Below are positions 51,374 to 64,000 of a stretch of DNA of 64,000 bases, piece by piece. The notes under the pieces are model-generated. The model was not told where the DNA came from. It searched no databases and saw only the letters and a list, made by a program, of their open reading frames with translations. Position 1 is the first letter of the stretch, and every line of letters starts with the position of its first letter. The stretch lies in contig OX597817.1 of the NCBI GenBank assembly GCA_951406725.2, positions 18,166,001-18,230,000 of the forward strand. Direction: 5' to 3'. This stretch comes from Octopus vulgaris (Eukaryota). The position numbers were made by a program, and so were the translations under genes.

Positions 51374-52260
51374 TAAAGTTCAAATATGTTCTTGATTAAA
51401 ATGTTTCAGGTGGTAGGGTGCAAGATCATATTTTAATTTTCTAACACTTTAAAGGTATTTATAATCAGATAAACCGACCAATATATTATTTATGATGACT
51501 ACCGGTATAATATTTTCTTGTTTCAATTGGCTTCTCTAAACCTCAAAAGTAAAATAAAAAAAAATATTTACTGAATGATCTCAACTTGGATACTTCCTTA
51601 AAATAATCCCCAATAACTAAAATAACCCTATTTGTTTTAATGGGAGGCGGGTAGCAGATAGTTGAAAGAGCATTAATACTTTGTATCGATATTCGACCTT
51701 CAGATACATGAAAAGCAAAGTTGACCTTGTTTGAATGACTTTATAAGGTAGAAAGACTAGAATACTATAAGACATTTAGCTCGGAGTTCTATCGTTTCTA
51801 TAGATTGCTTACTTTACGACGAATGATATATTGGTTCAAACGATTAGTCAATATTTTTAAGCAAAGAAGAATTTGGTGCACGTAAGAACAATTTTATTGG
51901 TTTCAAGCATTGGACTGCAGCCAAGCTGGAAAACAAAGGCTTTAGACATGACTGATTTTAGTCAATATTATTAATCAAAGTTCTTTGTTTCATTATTATT
52001 TTAATGATCTCTATATATTGAATGGCTAATCACAGCAGATTTATGTCCCATCAGACAGTTATATTCATTTTACGAACTTAAATGCGACAAGGTGTTTTCA
52101 CCAATTTACATATGTACACACAAACAGATACAAGCATACACTTCGTCACAACGTTTTATTTGTAACCGTTACTGCTTAAAAATAATTTTACAAAATAAAA
52201 GAAAGCCTTAGAGTAATTTATTGAATATATATTAGTAATTAATTGAATATATATTCTAAA

Positions 52261-52575
52261 GACTCCGCCGGTTACGAGGGTCCCAGCTGATACGATCAAC
52301 GGAACAGCTTGCTCGTGAAATTAACGTGCAAATGGCTGAGCATTCCACAGACACGTGTACCCTTAACGTAGTTCTCGGGGATAATCAGCGTGACACAGAG
52401 AGTGACAAGGCTGACCCTTTGAAACACAAGTACAACTCATTTTTGCCAGCTGAGTGGACTGGAGCAACGTGAAATAAAGTGTCTTGCTCAAGGACACAAC
52501 GCGTCGCCGGGAATCGAACTCACAACCTTACGATCATGAGCCGAATGCCCTAACCACTAAGCCACGCGCCCTCAC
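52261..52575 (-). mobile_element. SINE-C, full-length, young
   Basis: TSD tgaatatatatt. Almost identical to 12848-13168. Confidence 0.9.
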
Positions 52576-53269
52576 TGAATATATATTAGTGTAAGACTCA
52601 TAACATCTCCAATTCAAAGTCTCACGCCACAATATAATCCTCAGATGGACATGGCTGGCTGGGAGAAGTCTGATACAGTTGGATGGATGATACAGCTATA
52701 ATTGGACGACCGTTTGGCCACATCTGGCTTGTCAGCTGGTTATTTCCCCAGCAGAGTTAGAATTTATATCTGGTACCTTAATCCAGTTAAAGTCTTCTAT
52801 TGTGGTTAGAAAAAGAAAATGTATTTTCATTAAGAGATTCACTAATTAATTCCTGCTTACAATGTCAATCGTTTTACGATGCAGTTGTCGAAGCTTTTTC
52901 CTATTATATATTTGTCACTGACGGTTAAAATAAATTAGGAAATTTTAAAATTAGCACACTTGCCTTTCGGTTGCCATATATAGCACGAAAGAGCTGTGGA
53001 GTTTCCTTTCTTCGTGTAAAAAAATTTGAAAAAACCCGTAATACCGGATGCATGGGGTTTTGAATCTCTTGCTTGTGGTAACATGTAACCGCGCAGTTAG
53101 TTTCACGATTGTACCGTCGATGGGTTTAGTGGCTAAACTTGTTGAGCCGACCAATCCATCGACGTCCAAAAACTACTGTATAATCCGACTACATCAGATT
53201 TTTTCTTTCAAGTCACCTCAATCTTGCTTCTGGCAAGATATCTGAGTAACAAGATGTGAAGTCATTCAT

Positions 53270-53377
<108 letters not shown>

Positions 53378-55181
53378 ATACTCTGACATTCTTTGAGAGA
53401 ATGTGTTATGATCCCTACCAGATGGTTGTCTAATTGCTGGGCAGGATAAATCCTGATCCTCTACTCTATTCAAGTTTTCTTTTAATACTATGGATTTAAC
53501 GTTTGCAACGGTTTGCATTTGCACAGTATATAACTATGTATACTTTATTTACTATAGCTATTTTTTGTTGAACCTATCACACGTCTATACTACATTTAAT
53601 ATATATCCTAAACCGGTAAAACATTTCTAAATATATGGCACTACTTTAATTCCTAGTTGTATACACGTAAATTTTAAAATGCCTACATATATTGGAATAA
53701 ACTACTTTTGTATTCAAACATTTGTACATTCATTTAACTTTTCTCAATGATTGGCGTACAGAAACTATTGAAACCACTGGCAACTTAACATTCTTAACAA
53801 ATTGGATTCATCATGCTGTTTAAATTGACAACATAATCCTTTCAGCACACACAAATAAAACGGCTTCTATTAATGTAAATCGACATTCTTAGGCATAAAT
53901 CGTGTGTTAACCTTGAGCGAAACACCAACCAATTATCTTTGTCCACAGGTAAATCACCCAATAGCAAACGTGCTGATTATTGAACATCAGACTTTACCGC
54001 TAGAATGTTCTTCGGAAGTAATGTATTTTTGTAGTGTCAGTTGTTGAACATATGGTTCACTACTAAACATTTCAAGCACTTGAATAGTTGTCAAAAGTTT
54101 CTAATTCAAGCTAATGATTCATCTCAAGACTACAAACATCTGTGTCTAATTTCAGAATCAATATAATCATTCCTTTTACAGTCACTAAGACATTTTTTGT
54201 AGATGAACAAATTGGTCATGAATATGAAAAGAAAAAAAAGGGTGGGTTCTCGTTTTTAACTAGAAAAAATAGGTCTATCAAGACATTCTCTTCTTTTAAC
54301 ATCAAAGTTTCAACCCCGACGCCAATTGGGATTAAACTTTGAGGTTATTAGCAGCTATTGATTAACCTCTCAACGAACAACAAACCTCTCAAAGAAAACA
54401 TCAATTTGCCTCAAAACGGAATGTCTGTTTTCTCCCGTCAGTCAATACTATATTTTGTTTTTGAAGACATCTCAGATAGGTTTATCTGAAAAGAAAAAAA
54501 GAATCACGCACAAAAAATAAAGAAAAACTCTCACTCGGAATAAAAAAGAAGAAAAAAATAGATACTAAAGAATTTTTTGGAAAATTTGTATAAAAAATGC
54601 TATATTGTTTTGTGGTAGATGGAATGTTTTCACAGAGCAGATGATATGGAATAAGAATCAATAAATTAATCAGCTACAAAGAAACAAACAAACTCACCAA
54701 TATTAAATCTATTGAGAATAACTAAAATAGGTTATTTAGTCAAGTTTGAAGTTAGGCAATGGACATTTTTTTCTGAAAGGATCAAGAAATAAAAAATGTT
54801 TTATTAATCTTAATTTAAAAGGTTCTTATCTTCTGTTCTAAATTCACCAGCCACTACAACAGACTTAGAAGCCTTATAATAGAGTGTTTAATTAATGGTT
54901 ATTGAGCAGAGTGCTTTGTGAAACTAAAATAAATTCCCTTGAAATGTATTTGCGATCCGATTACAATTCTTAGTTTAAATCTAGTTTACTTTGCTTATGC
55001 CGATAAGGGAATAAGGTGAACATGATAAATTTCTATCCTTCTCTAAATAAATACGTGTATCTATCTACCAAGGAATAAGGGCTACAAAATTTTTCTTTGA
55101 CGGTTTGGTTCGATTTCAAAGGGGATAAATGTTAAACTAATATACCACCAAAATAATAATACATATTTGTAATAAGTGTAA

Positions 55182-55382
55182 CTCTCTTTACTTACTTGTT
55201 TCAGTCATTTGACTGCGGCCATGCTGGAGCACCCCATTTAGTCGAGCAAATCGACCCCAGGACTTATTCTTTGTAAGTTTAATACTTATTCTACCGTCTC
55301 TTTTGCCGAACCGCTAAGTTACGGGGGCGTAAACACACTAGCATCGGTTGTCAAGCGATGCTGGGGAGACAAACACAGACAG

Positions 55383-55457
<75 letters not shown>

Positions 55458-55620
55458 CGACGGGCTTCTTTCAGTTTCCGTCTACCAAATCCACTAACAA
55501 GGCTTTGGTCGGCCCGAGACTATAGTAGAAGACACTTGCCCAAGGTGCCACGCAGTGGGACTGAACCCGGAACCATGTGGTTGGTAAGCAAGCCACTTAC
55601 CACACAGCCACTCCTGCGCC
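55182..55620 (-). mobile_element. SINE-B, full-length
   Basis: Same bipartite structure with internal (CA)n(TA)n. Confidence 0.9.
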
Positions 55621-56959
55621 TAGTTGATATATTTTTTCTTAGATATTTTTTTCTTAGTCTGGAAAAAGTGGAATACTCAAGTTATTTTACCTTCACCCCA
55701 GTCGCAATAGGGATATTGAAGTGATTGGTATTTAGATGCTGCTTAAGGGGGCTGATGATTAAGTAAAGGGGAATATAAGAGCAGGCAGTCAGTCTTCTGA
55801 GTAAACATTGGATTTTAAAAACGAGTCACAGTAGAAATAAGAGGTGTGTGTTTTGAGAAGTTTTGGTGGGAAGATAGTATACAAGTTGACAGATTCAGAG
55901 AAGCAGTGACTATTTTAGTGTGGTAGAAAAATTATGGCGGACATAACGCATCCGAAGCTAACTGAGTTTATGGATGAAACCTTTGTGTATGAAACTTCCT
56001 CTCTCTCTCTGTCCCTAGAGAATATTTTGATTTTTATAGTGTACAAGTCAGTTTAGTAAAGTCCATTTTCCTGAAGCTATATCTACATATATATCTTGGA
56101 GAAAGATTTATGTCGAAACATTTCTCACTCTTTAATTTGTTAAACAATAACTAGAAAACTTGATTAATCTCAACAGGACCGATCAAATGTTTTTTTCCTG
56201 CAAAGTACAAGGATTGTGTAAAGGAAAGTTTATAATAATTTGAATTGAGTCCTAATATATAACTTCATCTCATTCTATCAGTCCACAAAAGGGACAGGAG
56301 GCAAAATTGAATTCAACAGGATTTGAACTCCGTGTATACCAGGGCAGACGAAATTCCGATAGTTCAAAAGTCTACGTTGGTATCACTTCTTCGCCGGATC
56401 GATATATTTAGGGGAATATTTCATAAATCAATAAATGTCATTAGTTTATTTTGAGCTATCAATTTAAAGTCGTTAAATGTATTTAGTCAGTAAACAATGA
56501 CTTGATATTAATTTCTAGATATTAAACAATAAAAACAAAAAATATTATTTATTGCTTTTAAATCGAATTAGATTTCAATTTCGTTTTCATTATTCTAAAT
56601 CTGCAATACATTTTCATATAATTACACTCCTGCAAAAAAGTCAAAGATTTATTCTGAAAGTTAAGTATTTGTTGGTATTGTTTCAACAAACAAAAACGTT
56701 ATTCCACTTAATTCATAGAAAAAGGCAACGAATCTACAGCATTAAGCTGTTTATTTCCAGTACATAATTGGATTGATAATTCATAGAAAACATATCCATG
56801 TGTTGCTGGCAGGATGTCATAAATTTAAAATGGAACGGGTTATTGCAGATACATTATATACAATTCGTGCTTCGATTCAGATCCCAAAATGTTAGCTCTG
56901 CTGTAAGGCTGAACCGTTACAAATTTACATAGCTTCTATTCGAAACATCTTGATGAATA

Positions 56960-57192
56960 TCTATTTCTTTACTACCCACAAGGGGATAAACACAGAGGGG
57001 ACGAACAAGGACAGACAAACGGATTAAGTCGATTACATCGACCTCAGTGCGTAACTGGTACTTAATTTATCGACCCCGAAAGGATGAAAGGCAAAGTCGA
57101 CCTCGGCGGAATTTGATCTCAGAACGTAACGGCAGACGAAATACAGCTACGCATTTCGCCCGGCGTGCTAACGTTTCTGCCAGCTCGCCGCC
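56960..57192 (-). mobile_element. SINE-A, full-length
   Basis: 16-bp TSD atcttgatgaatatct. Confidence 0.92.
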
Positions 57193-57219
57193 TGATCTTG
57201 ATGAATATCTTGATCTTAA

Positions 57220-58030
57220 ACTTGTCTCAGTCATCAGACTGCGGCCAGTCATTAGACTGCTGCCGCTAAGCGACGGGGACGTAACCAAACTAATGCCAAT
57301 TTTCAAGCGGTAGTCAGTCACACACACATACACACACACACATACGACGGCCTTCATTCAGTTTCCCTCTACCAAATCCACTCATGAAGCTTTGGTCGGC
57401 CCGAGTCTATAGTAGAAGACACTTATCGAAGGTGCCACGCTGTGGGACTGAACTCTGAACCATGTGGTTGAGAAGCAAAGTTCTTACCATACAGCCACAT
57501 CTGCGCCTGCGTATTTTCAAAGAAATGTGTTGAAATTCCCGTGGCTAATTTGAATTCTTGTACAATACTTGAAGTATGTCTGTTTGTCTGTCTGACTGTA
57601 TGTGCATATGTGTGCGTATGTGCGTGTATTCGTTTTCTATTTTTCTTTTACTTGTTTCAGTCATTGAACTGCGGCCATGCTGGGGTACGGCATCGAACGA
57701 TTTGGTCGATCAAATCGACACCAGTACTTATTTTCCAGAATCTCATACTTATTCTGTCTGGTACATATTTTTACTGAGCTGCTAAGTTACGGGGATATAA
57801 ACAAACCAATACCCGTTGTCAAGGGGAGGAAACAAACATACAGATACTCTGGCACACAATCTTTGGGACGGGCTTCCATACAGTTTCCGACTACTATATA
57901 TACTCATATGGCTTTAGTCAGCCCGAGGCTATATTGGAATACACTTGCTCAAGTTGCCCTGCTGTAGGACTGAACTCAGATGACGAGAGATTGCAAACAA
58001 ACTCCTTAACCACGCAACCATGCCTGCGCC
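57220..58030 (-). mobile_element. Two older SINE-B copies (about 57220-57507 and 57643-58030)
   Basis: Diverged heads ending ...tgcgcc and conserved 3' blocks. Confidence 0.8.
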
Positions 58031-58548
58031 TATACCGACATGCATACATACATACATACATACATACAAATCAACCAAATACATTTACGACCATTTCGGA
58101 GTGTACAAAGAAGGGAGTCTCTAAATGAGTTCTCTATTCTTCTCCGGCTGTGTCCAGGAATATGAACTATTGTTTCTTTGTATTTCAAAACAAAGATCAC
58201 ACATATCAGGCGAGTGTGACGACAAATTATAAAACATGTCTTTTTATGGGTATGCGTTTCCTAGTTACGGACTGCAATTTCTATTTAGACTACCTTTCCT
58301 AGATCCTTCCTTGTTAATAGGTGAGCAGTGCTTTCTCTGGAAAAGGTTGTGCAATCACTCCCGGTTTCTAGTGAATCTCTCCACCAATGTAATTTGGAAA
58401 ACAAATGACTAACATCTCAAGGCAACTATGAACAGGTTTGCAATGACATATTTCCAAGTGGTCAAGCCTGTATTTTCCATCACTCCACATCCCTGCGGGA
58501 CTTTGTGATAGATCCATAATGTGTTTTCCACACATACACGCACGCACG

Positions 58549-58631
<83 letters not shown>

Positions 58632-58711
58632 ATACAGAGGCATAATACTTTCACCTCTACTTGCCGTATTTTTCTAGTACCTTACGATAAAGACTGATTT
58701 CTTGATATTCC

Positions 58712-60150
58712 ATGACTAGGTTACCAAAGGAGGGGGTCATTCTCCTACCCATGGTAGTCCCCGATTTTTGTCGATAGAAGTTATCTTTGAAGAGAAAGTA
58801 GTTATTCTCCAAGATGAATTTTAGTCCTTCTATTACGAATTATTTTTTGATGCGATGTGGGAGAGTTCATTGGCGTAATTCTCCAGCCAGAATTGAATTG
58901 CCTCTATTCCTAGGTTGTGGGGGATATGAGAATAAAGGTTGACTACATTGAAGGATACTTGTAGGGTGTTAGGGAGGTGATTGAGCATGTCCGGGTCGTC
59001 CCTTATGTAGCTTGAGGAATGGTTTTAAGAGGCTATCTAAAAATTTACAGAGGCGGTGGGTTTCGCATGCAGGACTTGGTATTATAGATCTCAATTTGAA
59101 GACACCTTGGGCAACTGTCTTCTACTATTTGACTCGGGCCGACCAAAGCAATAAATAATAGTTTTCTTGGTTATTATGTCCGTGGCTATTCTGCATGTGT
59201 TACTTATTTTATCACTTTTGTGTATCTTAGGAATACCGTAGAATTGACTGGATTTGCTTTTGAAGTTGTTCATATAATGGTATTCCTTGTCGGTGAGCCC
59301 TTCTCTGTATAAGTTTAACATGCATTTTAGGTTTCTCATTATTTTCTGCTGACTGTGGTGTTGGACCTTTTCATAATATGTTGCGTCTTCTAATATGAAT
59401 AGTATTAGTGTTATATAGTATACCGTGTCCATTAAGACAACTGCACTCCCTTTATCAGCCTCTTTGATTGCTATTGTTTTATCATCTTTTAATTTGTTCA
59501 GCTCAGCCCAATTCTTTTTTGCTGAAGTTTGGCTTGTGTTTTTGTTTGTGTATATGTTGATAAGGGTAATTCGAGATGTATTCACAGAAATGGTGAAGAG
59601 TTTTGTTCTTACCTTTTGAAGGGATGTAGTTACTTCTATTTCGGACTAACAATTCGTCTTCGTTGTATTTGTCGTATAGCTCCTCAGCGAGTCGTAATTT
59701 TCTACAGAATTCCGCGACGTCTTCTTTCATTTCGTTGTAGTTGGGGCGTTGTAGGGTGAGTGTAAACTTGAGCCCTTTCGAGAGTATGTTGATTTGGTTT
59801 GCTGTGAGTTAAATTGATGGTTTTTATCACTTTTGGTACCTCCTGTCTGTTTGGTGCTATCTCGTGTCTGTGTTTGCGGATTGAGTGTAAAAAATTATTA
59901 AGGTGATTGGGACGATAGCTGTTATGTTCCTTGTTGTTGTAGAGTGCCCTGTTATAATTTATGGTGCGGGTTCTTGGACGGGTATTGAAAGGTGTGTCCC
60001 TATATCCCATGTTCAGATGTGGTGTTTTAGGGGGGCGTCGTTGGTAATTATTACGTGTGGTACGGGTTTGTTGTTTGTGGTTGTTTAGTAGATTGTTGGA
60101 ACGAAACTTCCGTTGGTAACTCCTTATGGGTGGGGGAGGTCGCAATATCT
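58712..60150 (-). mobile_element. Penelope-like retroelement, N-terminal region and 5' half of RT, decayed
   Basis: FCRKLRLAE, IAIKEADKGSAVVLMD, FYGIPKIHK, SPACETHRL, VVNLYSHIPH, FYRQKSGTTMG. Same family as 22480-22620 (QFWLENYANEL). Confidence 0.9.
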
Positions 60151-60162
60151 ATCCTGCGGATA

Positions 60163-60197
<35 letters not shown>

Positions 60198-60203
<6 letters not shown>

Positions 60204-60312
60204 GTGTATATTTTAAGGGTTAAAAACCACTATGTGGACAGCCATATGCTAGAAATAGATCACCTATGGCTGTCCACATAGTGGTTTTTAGCCCATAAAT
60301 ATACACATGTAT
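60198..60312. repeat. Fold-back, arms of about 49 bp
   Basis: aaaaaccactatgtggacagccata / tatggctgtccacatagtggttttt. Confidence 0.9.
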
Positions 60313-60405
60313 TAGAATTTTTCTCTGATTTTTCAGATTTTTGTATGCTAGGCTACTGGTTTTAAATTGATATTAATTAAATTAATATTCAATTTATCTC
60401 CCTCA

Positions 60406-60454
<49 letters not shown>

Positions 60455-60911
60455 TTAGAAGCAGATCGAGGTATATAAACACACACACACGAAGTTTGTG
60501 TGTGTTGCTAGTCCGGCGGCTGCATTTTGTAGGCGTAAGAGAATATATATTCAATACCCTTGGTGTAAAAACACCCGAAAGCAAGTCACAGCCAAGCAAA
60601 AACAACTCACACCAAATCTCTTTTCTCTGAGTGACAGACATCAATGTTTCGTCATCTTTTTGACTTGCTGATGTTACTTACCGAACAGGGTTTGTTGCCG
60701 AATCATCGATGTCTGTCGCTCCGAAAAGAGGGATTTGATGTGAGTTGTATCACTTGGCCCGACAAACTAATAACACACCACCTCGTGTAAATGTGTTCGA
60801 CTGTGTATATATATATATATATATATATTAAACATATACATATTTATACACACACACAAACATACACCCCCACACACACGCATCCCCACACTATATTTTT
60901 AGAGAGGAGAG

Positions 60912-61144
60912 GAAGCACTCCGTCGGTTACGACGATGAGGGTTCCGGTTGATCCGAATCAACGGAACAGCCTGCTCGTGTAAGTGGCTGAGCACTCCACA
61001 GACACGTGCACCCCATCCCCTGCCGGAGCCTCGTGGAGCATTTAGGTATTTTCGCTCAATAAACACTCACAACGCTCGGTCTGGGAATTGAAACCGCGAT
61101 CCTATGACCGCGAGTCCGCTGCCCTAACCACTGGGCCATTGCGC
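60912..61144 (-). mobile_element. SINE-C subfamily (as at 44783), internally deleted
   Basis: Head and tail blocks match. Flanking repeat gcatccccacac(t/a)atattt. Confidence 0.85.
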
Positions 61145-62551
61145 ATCCCCACACAATATTTATATGTATATACAAAATAAAAGTTTATAATAACACAGAA
61201 AACGAATTTGCAATGATGGATGCATGCATTACTCTGTAGTTAAGAAGTTCGCTTCCTATCCGCAAAAACAGTTTATCTCCTCTTGTAATGTAATCGTTTT
61301 CTAATTAACATGCGTTTCTTTAGATAAGGGGAGTGATTTCGGCTTCAATCGTGCAAACTGCTTGGAGATCTGTCAGTCTAGGCGTTCTGGGAATATCATA
61401 CGAAGACAAAAGTGAAACTATAGATTTTCAGACTCACCATCTGAACAGAAGAGGGAGTAAGAATCTATTATAAACAATTCGAAGAATCCATGCAGTAAAT
61501 CTATTTACTAAATAAACTAATTTTGTATAGGACATATTAGCTGAATTAAGACACAAGCAAATCACAATCCTTTTGTAGCAACATTTGGTCTGTAAAACGT
61601 AACTTCTCTTTTGAAGTTTCTATTAATAATTGTAAATATATGAATGCAAATGAAACCATTTTTTCCAATTTGATTCTTTTTTGTCTTTGAGCCAGAACAA
61701 ATATGGCTGTTATATTAATGCAGTTAACAATTTCAGAGTTTGTTGACAAAACCATCGTCAGATATATTCCATCTTCTAGCAGCGTCTTTCGTTTTGCAAT
61801 AGAAAATAATTTCTTTTCTCTTCCATAACAAAATACTTTTCTTACTTGCTAAGAAAAGAGGCGTCTTCCATTTTCTTTCTTATTACTTTTTTTTGTCAAT
61901 ATCAGTCGCTGAGACAGCATAAGTGTGTAAATAACAATAAATCTCGAACACAAGTGATGTGACGAATGATGTAAATTTCTGGCCGTATTACAGCTATTCC
62001 GAAACACAACTGTTTGTCTTGTAATTGTAATATTTGTTTACAAAGCTTTTAGTCTCAAATATAAAAGCTTATGGCGACTTCAAGTCACACAAATGATATC
62101 TCAGTGAAACGTTTCGTAGATAGAAGTAAACAAAAGAAACTTCCGAAAGAAATGAGCTTGTGAAAAATAATGTGAGAATTTAGCGTATGTGTGTACACGC
62201 GCACGCGCGCCAAAATGTGTGTTAAATGATCAACAATGATAGTAAATACAAAGGAAGTTTATGCTTTCCAGAATATCTCTTAGGTCAAGGCTGGCATAGA
62301 GAAAAACAACAATAAACATTTAGTGAAGTGAATTTATCTATTTAAGCGTACTGCAATAGTAAAAAAAAAAATGTCTTGCATTGCTAATACAATGAGTTCA
62401 AGTGTGGAGATAGAAATGTATTTCGAGGATAGAAGGTATTGCATATTTATGTATTTTATGATTTCAAAATATTAAAAAATCATCAAGTGGAAAATTTTTA
62501 AAGTACACTTGTAAAGGCAAATATGAAATATATTCTTATGCATACATGTAG

Positions 62552-62596
<45 letters not shown>

Positions 62597-62603
62597 TATA
62601 TAT

Positions 62604-62668
<65 letters not shown>

Positions 62669-62682
62669 TATTTATATAATAT

Positions 62683-62987
62683 ATATAAATTTGAGAAAAA
62701 CCACGATTATGCAATTCAAACAATGATAGACATAAGCCATATCATAAATAAAAAATAAAATATATTTCAAAATATATAACTAAATCACAAAAAGTACAAA
62801 AATGAATAAACAATATATAATAAGTATTATATTACTTGTTATATACTTATTATATATTGTTTATTAATTTTTGTACTTTTCGTGATCTAGTTATATGTTT
62901 TAAAATATATTTTATTTTTTATTTATGATTTCGTTTATGTCCATCATTGTTTGAATTGCATAATGGTGGTTTTTCTCTAATTTATAT
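62683..62987. repeat. AT-rich fold-back, arms of about 145 bp, embedded in (TA)n
   Basis: gagaaaaaccacgattatgcaattcaaacaatgat / atcattgtttgaattgcataatggtggtttttctc. Confidence 0.9.
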
Positions 62988-63005
62988 CTTTTATATATCT
63001 ATATA

Positions 63006-63381
63006 GGCGCAGGAGTGGCTGTGTGGTAAGTAGCTTGCTTACAAACTACATGGTTCTGGGTTCAGTCCCACTGCGTGGCACCTTGGGCAAGTGTCTCATA
63101 CTATAGCCTCGGGCCGACCAAAGCCTTGTGAGTGGATTTGGCAGACGGAAACTGAAAGAAGCCCATCGTATATATGTATATGTATATCTATATGTGTGTG
63201 TGTTTTTGTGTCCGTGTTTGTCCCCCAACATCGCTTGACAACCGATGGCAGTGTGTTTACATCCCCGTAACTTAGCGGCTCGGCAAAAGAGACAGATAGA
63301 ATAAGTCCTGGGGTCGATTCGATCGACTAAAGGCAGTGCTCCAGCATGGCCACAGTCACATGACTGAAACAAGTAAAAGAG
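63006..63381 (+). mobile_element. SINE-B, near full-length
   Basis: Same structure as 8508 and 55182. Confidence 0.9.
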
Positions 63382-63464
63382 AGAAAAAGAGAAAGAGATA
63401 TTGTGAAATTTGATTTAATACTAAATTGAATTTTCCCTGTAAGTTTGGAGTTATACTCCCTAAT

Positions 63465-63524
<60 letters not shown>

Positions 63525-63547
63525 CCTATACGTGTATACATACATAC

Positions 63548-63587
<40 letters not shown>

Positions 63588-63612
63588 TGTATATATACAT
63601 TTACATATATAT

Positions 63613-63686
<74 letters not shown>

Positions 63687-64000
63687 GGTGGCTGCCCCCT
63701 CGTTATCGAGTATGGCCATTGCACGAAGCTTAATAAATGTTGTTATCGTGCAATGCCTGTGCAAGAAGACTTTTTTTAAAGTGAGGAAAGGCTGTGCACT
63801 GAGTCAATCCCACACACTAAGCAACAGCAGCCATAATCCGAAAAGAAGTATAAGTCAACAAAATCGATAACCACTGAGCCACAGGTTTTATGATGGAGTT
63901 GTTCCAGTTACCTGAGTTACCTTCTCCTAGAAGGATGCCCTAACAAAGGCTAGGAGTCCTTCACTTCCAATGGTTTAACTGCGCGATCGGGTATTCAGTC
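63687..64000 (-). mobile_element. Second copy of the non-autonomous RTE-derived element (runs off the window)
   Basis: Reverse complement of about 41530-41843. Confidence 0.85.

Noticed and set aside
52630-52760. Possible very old LINE 3' remnant (also about 2400-2550)
   Set aside because: Too degraded to support a call by eye.

Overview
AT-rich, microsatellite-saturated eukaryotic DNA. It looks like intronic or intergenic coleoid cephalopod sequence, probably Octopus; this is inferred from the repeat landscape, not from a search. I find no intact host protein-coding gene. Almost all ORFs in the track are translations of (TA)n, (CA)n, (ATGT)n, (CTAT)n or SINEs. The recognisable content is mobile DNA: at least four tRNA-type SINE families (my labels A-D), RTE and CR1/Jockey-like LINE fragments, three decayed Penelope-like elements (PLE; RT plus GIY-YIG), a Tc1 split by a local inversion, a DD37E (TRT-like) Tc1 with IR/DR ends, hAT and Merlin-like MITEs, and a non-autonomous Helitron. 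The most interesting layer is RNA structure. There are several type I hammerhead ribozyme motifs (one fully canonical) in PLE-derived fold-back segments embedded in (TA)n, and a candidate HDV-like ribozyme at the 5' end of an RTE-derived element. One SINE forms seamless head-less tandem arrays at a fixed internal site. Coordinates were read by eye and may be off by a few bases.
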